From assembly GCF_037042905.1 (NCBI RefSeq), contig NC_087251.1, forward strand, positions 21,454,001 to 21,514,000: 60,000 bases of DNA, given 5' to 3'. Shown piece by piece: positions 14,245 to 26,200 of the stretch. The position numbers and the translations under genes were made by a program. This stretch comes from Lytechinus pictus. Taxonomy: Eukaryota. Position 1 is the first letter of the stretch, and every line of letters begins with the position of its first letter. The notes under the pieces are model-generated. The model worked only from the letters and a program-made list of their open reading frames with translations. It ran no database searches and was not told the origin of the DNA.

Positions 14245-17200
14245 CGTCGTCGTCGTCGTCGTCGTCGTAGTAGTATTAGTAGAAGTAGAAGTATTAGTAG
14301 CAGTAGTGGTAGTAACAGTAGTAGTCATTAGCGTACCTAAGGGGGGGGGGGGGGCAGGGGGGCAGACTGCCCCCCCCCCTCACGAGTCACAACACATGCA
14401 AGGGACGTATCCCTGCCCCCCTGACGAGTCAAAACTGATCCCTGACGAGCTAAGTGGGCCATTTTTTTTGCTTGTCAATTTTATTCTGGTGCGAAATTTC
14501 CTTTATTTGTGGTTGTAAACTTTTTTTTTTTTTTTTTGCTTGTCAAATTTTCGGGCGGACGAATTTGCCCCCCCCTTTGGAAAAGCATAGGTACGCCACC
14601 GGTAGTAGTAGTAGTAGTAGTAATAGTAGTAGTATCATCATCGTCATCATGTTTGCTCAGCAAGATCCTGAGGGAAATTTTACATTAACATGATCAACTA
14701 TCCTTACCTAAGCAAAATATTAAAAACACACATTATTCCAACATGATCATAAATGAATGCAAAGTGCATATCATTTGATAGTGAGTAATGGATTTTAGGG
14801 CTTTTTCTCACGAGAATATTGAATCATCATTGTAATAATGACATCATATACCATTCACACGTTCACTCGAAAACTGATTTGAATTCGAATATCTGAGCGA
14901 AGGCGGCATTGTGTCCTTTGTTACTTATCAATCAAAGCACTGCACATCGCAAATAAAAAAATACAATGAGTTGATGACAATTGTATTATCCAAGGAAGTG
15001 CTTGGAAGGTCACGTAAGCTCCGACGCCCCCAAAAGATGTTTTGGAGGTCAAGCTGTTCGTACCGTAATTTGAGAGAAACTTGATATTCACCTCCAGAGT
15101 AGAATTTGAATTCGTGATTGTGATTCGCGTTCGTGATTCTAGTTTGGTTTCACACGTGCTAAAAATTTGTCATTAGAATGATTTTTCACTGGAATCATCA
15201 TTCAAATTACGAATATGATACCGTGTGAAAGAGCGGTTAGACTGCTGCTCACATCACTATTTCCTTCATTTTGGCACAAAGCCATTAATGCTCATGATAA
15301 AATTGGCAGCATTTACTCAAGCATCAATAATTCCTTTTGTGTGTCAGTTAACAGAGAAGACCTTTGAGCATCTTTCTACACTAAAAAAAGTATATCATAT
15401 ATAAAATTATTTTTGTAACTTTTTACGTGAACTGTTTGATATTGTCATTTATCTAGACCAGAACTATGTCGTGTAATGGCATGATTTCAGTATTTTATTA
15501 AACCAATATAATTATTTCAAGTTTTCTTTTAATCTCATGAAAGTCAAAAAGGATTGTCATTGATGGTTAATTATTTATTCCAGACTTTTGTATATATATG
15601 CATGGAAGTGCATATTTAGTATCGTAATAATTTTCTAATTTCACTTGATTCTTTCCATGATTCTTTTAATGATTTTTAATGATTTTTTAATGTTTTTTAA
15701 TGATTTTTTTCATCTTGTATGATTATGTGGACTTTTTACTAAAGAGAGAATTACAAAGAAATGCTGAAGCAGGTTTGATAATAAATTAGTTGTGCTCTGT
15801 ATCCTCTGGCAACAAACGCTATATATATGCCAGCTATCATCACCGTTATCAAGTATTACGAATGATTAACAAGTGAATGATACATTTATTCATAACCAGG
15901 CGCGGATCCAGGAGGGGGCCGAGCCGGCCCCGGCCCCCCCCCCTATTTTTTTGGCAACCTGCAGAAATAAGTGTACTCTTTAACTTGATACAAACGATGA
16001 AAAACAGAAAGGAAAGTAAGAAAGAGGTATTATACCCATGATGTGTTATTTACAGCCTCGTAACGGCCGGCCCGACCCGAAAGGAAACAAGAAAAAGGTG
16101 AGGGGAAGAATTGGAAAATAGAATTTATATAAAAAATTTCGCTCGCGCTTCGCGCTCGCATTGCCTGTGTAATGAATCTCATTCAAGAGGATTAAATGGC
16201 ACTTGATATATCCAGTTCTGAAATCAATTTGCACACAATATTTCAGCTCGCACATCAAGCTTTCATTATTTTGTTTGATTTACACAAATTGTTAATATAT
16301 ATATAAATTTTATGTGAGAAACCTATCCTCTTTGGAAATTATTACCAAAATTTCTCAAAATGCCCCTTTATCATGTCAGTAATAAAATTAAGCTCGTGCT
16401 TCGCGCTTGCATTTCATTGTTTGAGACACAGCTTGTTCTTTAAAAAAAACGCGCTTAGACTGTCCAGTTTTCAGGTCGGAATATCAAAAATTTTGAGCTT
16501 GCGCTTCGCACACTCATTATTTAATTGGTGATACTTGTATCCTCTTCATTAATCACTAAAAACAGTCCTAATTGACTCCCTTTTCGCGCTCGCATTCTTT
16601 AGTTGGATACTTATCTTTGTTCATGATTATAAAAACTGCTCAGAATCTTCAGGTCTAAGGACATAAAATATCAAAGAATTTGAGCTCGCGCTCGCATATT
16701 ATATTAAGACCACATGAGATACCTTATCTTGTTTATAACAATAAAAACTAAAACTTCAGTCTTTAGTTAGGACTACCCCCTGGAAAAAAAATCAGATTAT
16801 AGCGGCCAATCGAAAAAAATGTTGATGACAATATTTTTCGCCCCCCCCCCCTATTGGCGAAACCTTGATCCGCCCCTGATAACTATTTTTCTTTCTCATG
16901 AAAGGGTGTTTTGGTTGGTACTATCGTGAGCATTGGTATAATGACATGGCTGAAAGTTGGAAAGATGTATGCAGATAATATCAGATCAGACGTTCTACCG
17001 CTCTCTGTAGAAGGCTGTACTGTTGAGCAGAACTCAACTAACTTAACATATTATACCACCATGGTCACCGAGGTCGAGACGTGGACATCGATCACGGAAT
17101 CATCCACCAACCCGACCAACGAGACACAAACTGATGATGAAAGGTACAAAATAGCTTAAACTAATCCACAAACGTTTAAAATACTCGGAATGAATTTCAG

Positions 17201-20200
17201 CCAACACCTCTCAAGTCTGCATAAAAAACGACACGAGGTAATACAGTTTTAATGACCAATATTATAATTGATCTGAAGATCAATTTTTGACATTTATTTT
17301 CATTTCAAGTTTATTTCATACAAATATTAAGAGGAATCACTAAAAATAAATAGGAATTTAAGATGATTTCAGTTGAAGTAGAATTAAATTTCGCCAGTCA
17401 ATGCAAGATGAGAGCAGATTCCAGTTATTAATTCGATTAAAACTCCCGTATTATTCAAATTGCTTAAGCAAAATGCGAGAGGTTCTGCTCTTTATTATTA
17501 AATTCAAAAGCCATTCTATTCTATACTTTGTCTATTTCTTTGATAGTGTCTGTCACTACACTAAAGCCAAAAAAGTTGTAATACGTGATATTACTTGTGC
17601 ACACTCTTTCGTGATGACATATAAATATTCATTGTTGACTGATTTAATTTTGTTTTTGAAGCAATAAATCTCTTTGTATTATAGTCACCCGTATAAGCAG
17701 GACAGAGTTTGCGACTGTTTACTGTTTTCAACTTTTTAAGCTAGTTTACTTAAATTTTAGAACTAATGAATAGCATTATTTTTAATTCATTGTAGGATGG
17801 AATCTTTGAGAAAAAAATCATAAAAAGCTTGATTTGTGAGACGCGATATAAATATGCTGGTAAAATTTACAATTAAAATGTAAAAATTAACAATTCAGGT
17901 CTATAATTATTATTTTATGTTTATTTTTAAATAAGCAACATTTTATAATATGGAATAAGGGGGAAATTCAGGTTTTGATATTTTAAATTTTTGTTCATGT
18001 ATATACAGTAATGAAGTCTATATTACCGTGACCATGGACCTACTTTACTAGTAGGTCCATGCCGTGATAAAGTAAGTGATAAGCGCTTGACTGATGAACC
18101 AGCTCCAGGATGCACCTCTGTTGTCGGTCAAATTCGAACGTTTACAAGAATCCAATATAATGACCACTTCATATTTGTAATATTGGGATTTCCGAATGAC
18201 AGTCCAATATACTCCACAGTACTTTAATCAAAATATTTTCTATATGTAGAGGGTTTATTAGATACTTATTTTGCCAAAGATTTGGAATAAAAATATACGT
18301 TGAAACTTCCTGACAAATCTTAGAACTGCCCCCCCCCCCCCTTCTTTAAAGATAATAATTTCAGAATTTTGAATTGTCTTTTCCGTTATATAGAACGGCG
18401 TTAGAAAATTTCTACTCATTGTCTTATCACCTGTACGGTTCTCTTGGATTCCTCATCACAGTAGCTGTAGCTTTCATTGTCAGTGCCGTGACAGGTTAGT
18501 GATATCTCCATATTTATTTAAATCCATATTCAATATTAGGTATTTTGCATGGTTATGAACAAAATGCATTAATTAAAACACTTTTGACATGGTTTTTAAA
18601 GAATTTTCAGGTACATTCCCCATATAGTAGACCAGTCAAACGTCAAAAAGTGCTCTAGATAAGGATTCGACGGCAAAATTTGTTAATGCTTGGCATCCCA
18701 GCTAAAAGTCTTGCTAAAATACCCAGGAATAGCGTACGGCCGGATGCCAAGCGCACTTTTGCGTGAAAGTGTCATTTTAGCGTGAAATCTGAAAGAATGT
18801 CGAAAATCACGCATTTTGATATTTTGACGGAATAGGTTCAAATTTTTGATTACCTTTGATATGCGATCCTTTTTATTTGAATTTTCAAATTATAAGTCTG
18901 ATAAATATACATTTTAATTTGAATATTACACACACATATATGGCGCAGTGAAACATAAAACCGCGATTTCCTCAAAATAAAAGTTTGTGAAAACTATCAA
19001 TAGTTTGATTTTTTTTTTTACACAACTTAAATTCTTCGATTTAAATGCGTTTACCCATTGAATGTATAGTAAATGTCCTAATGTTACAAATATTACAAGA
19101 ATTTTCAATTAAGATGGAAGATATCTCATTTTATGTTATCCGAAAAGGGTTAATGTATATTTTACTAGGTGCGCATGTTGAATTTAAAATTGAACATACC
19201 GTACATTATGTACAGAATTACATGTATAAAGTACATACTAAGAGTTTTTATACTTTGGAAGTTTGGATAGAAAATTTTTTAATTTCTTGGCTCCCAGCTT
19301 AAAGTCTTGCGGAAATACTGAGGAATAACGTACGGGCGGATGCTAAGTGCACTTTTGTGTGAAAGTTTCATTTTCGCGTAAAATCTGAAAGAATCTCGAA
19401 AATCACGTATTTTGATATTTTGACGGAATATGTTAAAGTTTTTATTACATTTTTTATTTTGATATGCGATAATTCTTATTTGGGGTTAATTAAAATTAAA
19501 AGTCTAATAAATATACATTTCAAATTGGAATATTACACACACATATATGGCTATATATGGAACACAAATTCGTGATTTACTCAAAATATAAGTTTGTGAA
19601 AACTATCAATACTATAGAATATTTGTGTTCCGCATCTCAAATTCGTCCATTTTAACGCGTTCATCGAATAAACACATAATAATTGTTGTCATGTCACATA
19701 TAGCGAAAAAAATTGAAATAAGATGTACGATATATAATTTTATGTGATCCGCATGTGTTTTATAAAAACAAACGGCGCATAATACATCTATATTGCACAT
19801 GATTATATACTATTTATTTATACAGTATATAGATCAGTGCGATACCCGTCATGATTTGAGGATTATGTTTACGTTTGTAGAGTTATGCTGCTATGTTTAT
19901 TGAAGAAATAATATCTTTATGTGAAAATATGAATTAGTAAATGTTTCTTGGTCTCTTGCATTGCAAGTTAAGATATTTACTCAGTTCATTTTACTTGATT
20001 ACAACAAATCTATGTTTATCTTCAATTTTTGCATTTGCTGTTATCATAGGTCCATGCTCATATATCGTAGTCTGAGACAGATAATACTGTACGTGCACAG
20101 GTGAAATTATACATTCAATCTATATTACAATATCTGCGCTGGACTCTAGTCATTAGCCTTTAGATTTGTTTGTCATGATGGTCATACGACTGCATTTCCC

Positions 20201-23200
20201 AACATGACAATGCATGTGATGAAAGGAGATTTGAAAAAAAAAAAGAATTAAAATATGAACCCTAAGAGCCTACTCTTTGGGTATTTAAAACATCTTTCTC
20301 CATATATGAAAACTTTTAGCTCATTCAAATGGTTATAGACCGATCTATTTATTATTTCTGGTCTAATGAACTCACTCTAAAAAAATATTGGGTAAAAAAG
20401 TGCCCCATGAGGGTAATTATGTGTCCAACCAACATTGGGCATTTCTTTGGGGCATTTTTATTTATCCAGTGTGATGAAAATTTTGCCCATTCTAAAGTAA
20501 TTGCAATATTCCCGTATTGGGTAGAATACTGCCCCAAATTGGTTGGACACATAATTATCCTCGTGGTTAAAATTTTACCCAATATATTTTACAGTGCTGA
20601 TCAATTAAAAGAGACCGTAGTTGCATGAAACAATGCCTTCTAGATTCTAAAATCAGAAAATTGGGCTATGGACACTGACGTAGGCCTTTTGATAAAGATG
20701 CATGGAAGTGAGGGGGAGGGGGGAAACTTGCCACAAAAAGTTTCAAGAAAAAGCATAGAACAACAGAAGGAAAAGAATGGAGAGAGTTGGGAGGGGGTCA
20801 GCGGATTGTCTCGCTTGTCGATTTTGCTTCTCCACCCCTCTGTTGTTTATCTCGCTTAATGTCGACGACTCGCTTATTTTCTAAAATTTTCTATTAGCCC
20901 TTTACTTGATTGCTTCTTATATCTGAACTCCAATATGAGGGTCTTGCTCATATAACTTTACAAACTAGATAGAAATGTGTATTTTTTGTTTGCAAATTTA
21001 TTTATTTATTCATTTATTTAAAATGACCTCAATTGAGCGTAATATTGTAATTTAAAACATTGATTTCTTATCAAACACACATTCTGCCCTAAATTAAGGC
21101 TTTTGTTTAAAAGACTCGGTCACTCAGTACGCTCACCAGCAGTGCAGCTAGGATTTTGTCAGCAGAGGAGCACGGGGGGGGGGGCTTGATATTTTGCAGG
21201 GGGTACCAAAATAGATTTATTTATCAAGTATGTATTATCAAGTATATATTAGCTTTATTCTCACAAACATGATTAGGTATCTGACAAGGCTTAATTAAAT
21301 AATGAGAGCGCGAAGCGCAAGCAGATTTTTGTTGTATATGCCATGAAATTTAGAGCTGAAAATTAAACAATACGTAGGTGTAATTATGAACATGATTCGT
21401 ATCTAATTAACATATCAAAAACATTCAGAAATTTGTAATATTCTGACAAGAAAACGGGGCATTTAATACATATTTTTTAAATAAGCGCAATCTGATTTTT
21501 TATATATTCAAATCTGTAAACTGGACAATTTAATGACGTTTTGAAATAAAGAACACTATGTATCTATTAAAAAAAAAAAACAGTACAAGTGCGAGCTGCC
21601 CTTTTTTTCTTTTCTTTTTTTTTTAATCAGAAAGGAAACATTCTAAGGCGCGATAGCTCAATCGGTAGAGAGGGGATTCCGGTGACCTGGCTTCGATTCC
21701 CACTTGGTGCGCTTGTGCCCTTTGGTAAGGCATTTAAATCCACATTAAAGATCACTCGGATAGGACCTTAAGCCGTCGGTCCTCTGGTTGGTTGCTTGCT
21801 TACAAGCATTCATGCTTAAATGAGGTTAAAAAAAATCACCACCAAATCATGAACATTATCAGTATCTAATTAAACGATTGATGCGAGCCCGAACCGTGAG
21901 TTGAAAATTTCGAATGAAAAACGGAGCATTTTAAACATGTCTTTCATGGCAGAAAATGATATATATCTCACTAAGAAAAATGTCAGCGTGAAGCGCGAGC
22001 TTAAATTGGGAGAGACTGAGAGCTAAAAATTTGATATGCTATCACATTTGTTTAATAATTAACTTGATGCGTATTTACCTAAAACAATGCGAGCGCGAGG
22101 GGCAAGCAAAAAACTTTGCATTTTCTAACCTGACAATAGCATGACTTTTAACAGATAGCAAGCTGTTTATCTCATTTGTAAAAGAAAAATGCCAGAGCGA
22201 AGCTCGGGTAGAAAATTTATTCGGCATCTTTTTGTAATCCTGAGTAGGGTGCCCATCTCGCTAAACTAAAATAGAAAAAAACTCTAATATAGTACAGAAT
22301 ATCTTTGGAACCGATTATATTGAAAACGGGATATTTTCAGCCCCATGTAATCCTTTCGGGCACTACACATGACCTTAGTCAGCGAAGGGGGGGGGCATGG
22401 TCCTGGGAAGCGGGGGTGCTATGAAGCACCCCCAAGATTTGACTTGGGGTGCTGCGTGTATTATTCTTCATTTGCAGCACCCCTGGGTTTCTAATATAAA
22501 TTAATAAATGTAACACAAAAGTGCCCCCCTTTCTCGGGACCAAAGTGACCTTCATTTTTTAGTGAATTTTTTTTTTTTTGCTTGTCAAATTTACATCAGC
22601 ACCCCCAGTTAAAATATCGTTCCCAGGGCCCTGCCCGACCCCCGTGTATTTTTTTTTTCTCTCGTTCTCTAATCCTATATAGGGACTCTGAGTGCACAAT
22701 CAGCACAATATGCACCATCAGCTCAATGAAAGATTCTGAGCTCAAGAACCAGTGACTTAATATATATTTCTTTATTCGGATCGAATATTTTAACAGAATG
22801 TTCTCGATTGCATAATGCTATTCCAGGGGCCTGTTGCAGAAAGTGTTGCCTTTAAAAACAACTAAAAATCAACCGCAAGTCACTAACCGTGCATCCCATT
22901 GGTTTAAAGTCAATTTCATGTTTGATTAAAGATGTCATGCCATTCTTCTTAAACCTTCATTTTCCTTTTAAATTTAAGTATCGGCCCGCAAGTTGTGGGC
23001 CGAAAATCTAAAAATAGGAAATAGATAAATAGTGAATGAAGACGTGATTGGGTGCGTACTTTATTCAACGCAATAACGAAACTTTGACTGAGAGGTTTTC
23101 TCATGAAATCTGAAAGAAGGCCCATCTCTCTTTGTTTAATGAATAATGTAGCAGGAAATTCAAGCAAGTTGTATGAAAAAATGCTAATTTATGATTACAT

Positions 23201-26200
23201 GAATTATATACAATAGGATTTAGTTATTTCACATTATACTCAGTTAAAGTGCCATTAACATGTTTGTGGGACACGCTGTAGTGTACAATGCTTGGTATGA
23301 TCATAGAGCTACTCCATGTTATGATCATCCTCTGTAAAACCGGCGGTGTAGTTTTAACGTTACTGTGTTTGAAAAAAGCACACAAACAAATAATTATTGT
23401 TGTGGCCATATGCTCATGATTGATAACACTCAAAATCTGAAGAACAGAAATTGGTTGTAAACAAAGTCCTAGATCATTGTGAAAACCAATTCAATTAAAT
23501 CCACGTTTTATAAATATTAATAGTACAATGCACCCAAAATTCAAAAGTTCATAGCGAAACATTATATCATCATTGGTGCCTGAGCTTACAATCAGAGCAA
23601 AGAGTCCTGCAATTGTTCAGTTTTCCCTAGATTGAGAATTGCAAATAAGTGATTTCAGTATACACGGTAGAGCAAGGCATTGATATTCCAACAAGTAAAC
23701 TCCAAGAAGCAATTCGGTAGTGTGCCTATGACAAGAGAAATCTCTTGTCACAGGCACACTGGTATCATTTTAGATCAATATCGAGTGATGTATATTGACA
23801 ATATACATGGTATTTTGTTAAAAAGTTATTTTTACATAAAAATTCAAAGATGGCCGTCATAATAGCAAATTCTTAATGGTCATCTGCAATGAAAACGTAT
23901 AAATTAATTCGCTAGACACTTTAGGTTATATATATTTTTAATGGTTAAAATGTAATGATACACCGGAAACCGGCTATTTCTGACTCAACTATTTTGGTAA
24001 CGTCTGTAAAAAAAAAAATGTGAAGGTGATTATGTCCATTTATACTTATATGAACTTCTCTCTTGCAGTGGGTTGAAAATTTTACTTACACGACTAGGCC
24101 AATTTATTTGGTGTAGCAGCTAGGTTCTATCAACCATTGGAACAATTCCCTTTCAGGTCTAATTGTCAAAACTCATAGCTCTGCGTGCTTGCATTGTATG
24201 TATACTTTTATATTCATTCTAAAAACTACTTAAAATCTGCTTTTCACATTCGCGTTTCGCGCGCGCATTAATTGTTAAAAATATTCATTAACACGCACAC
24301 CCTGTTCAGATTACAAGGTGCTTAAAACATGTAAAATGTCCCATTTTCACGACTGAACATATATTTAAAGATCGCACTCTCATTAGGCCAATTAATTAAT
24401 GAGATATATATCTTTTTCATGAATTCCTACGAATAGTCCTAGGTCGGAATATCAAATAGTTTCAGATAGCATGCACTTCGAGCTCGCATCATTGAAAAGG
24501 TGTGATCTTTTTTCCTGTTAAATTTCCCCCTTTTCAGATCGGAATATCAAAATTTCTCAGCTCGCGCTCACATAATTTATCCTTTATCATGATTACGGAG
24601 GGAATTGTAGAGAAAGTTATTTTCCGCTCCCTATTGGCGATCAGTGAAAACTTCAAATAAATTAAATTTCATGTAACAGAAAAATAAGGTAGGAACATGA
24701 CATCATGAGCCCACCTATATATTATGACGGCGTACGTATAACTGTTTTCACAATGCTAAATTTAAAAAAAATCAATAACTTTGTTATTATCAGATTATGC
24801 CACATTTTTGCGCAGTGAAATTTTATTTTTTACTTTTTATTTACATAGAGTTAACTATTTTCAGCCCGGCGTATGATCGGTGTCAAGACAGTGTTTACAG
24901 CATTGGTAATAGTTAAACAGCATTTTAAAAGATATATCTGTAACCTCTGCTTGTCATATTTACATCAGCACCCCCAGTCAAAATATCGATCGCAGGGCCC
25001 GGGGGAGGGGGCAGGGGCAGTTGCGGCCAGAAATTTTGTAACTCGTTTTAAGTATGTACTTATACATGTAATTGTGTTTATAATATACGGTATATTTTGC
25101 CTTCAAAATGCCCACCCGATAAATTATGCATGTCCCCTTTCGGATAACACACCATGATATATCTTCCATCTTACTTGAAAATTCTTTAACATTTGTGACA
25201 TTAGGACGATTGATATACATGTATATTCAATAGATAAATGCATTTAAATCGAAGAATTTAAGTTGTAAAATAAATTCGAATTATTGATAGTTTTCACAAA
25301 CTTTTATTTTGAGTATTGAAATGACGATTTTATGTTTCATAGTGCCATTATGTATGTGTAATATTCCAATTTGAAATGTATATTATTAGACTTATAATTT
25401 GAAACTCCAAATAAGAATGATCGCATATCAAAGGTAGTCAAACTTTAACATATTTGCATCGAAGGAACATCTTATAGTACTATTCTCCCGAGGGCCATCG
25501 GCCCGAGGGAGAATAGTACTATGTGATGTTCCTGAGTGCAAATAGTTTTAGCCAGTTCCGAGAATGGGTCATTGTATATTTGTTTTATATCCCTTCCACT
25601 CATATGTATTCTTCATACGATATTCTTCGTTGATACCCGACTTTTACAGCAAAACGATTTTTAATAAGTCGATGATGGAACAATCGTTGAGAAGTTGAGA
25701 AAACAAAAAGCCTTGCCGTATTGATCGTCTGTTCAGCGAGCGCACCTGGTTAGTGCAGCTCGCCGAAAGTTTCCCGTGGCATGCAGTAGAGAGTACCGTT
25801 GGGCTGAGCAGCGCTCTGCTCGCATCGCGCCGCACAGCTCGCGAATCGAGTAGGGGGCGGGGTCAAAAAACGTATAGTTCACTTTTTCCCTAGGGAAAAA
25901 ATGGACTATGCGTGACGTCAGCAAGGAAAATGAACTATTTCATGGCACACGTTTTTCGTAGTAAAACTATTATTTTTCTCCTTGTGTACACTCTCAAAAC
26001 AACAATCTTAAGTAAGGGATATAATATCTGCTATAAGCTGGGATGCCACGAAATGGCAAATGTTGCTATCCAAAGTATTGAAACTATTAGTATGTACTTA
26101 CACATGTAATTATGTACATAATGTACGGTATGTTCAAGTTTTCATTCAAAATGCGCACATTGTAACAGTGTCTCATTGTCTCCTTTCGGATAACATAAAA

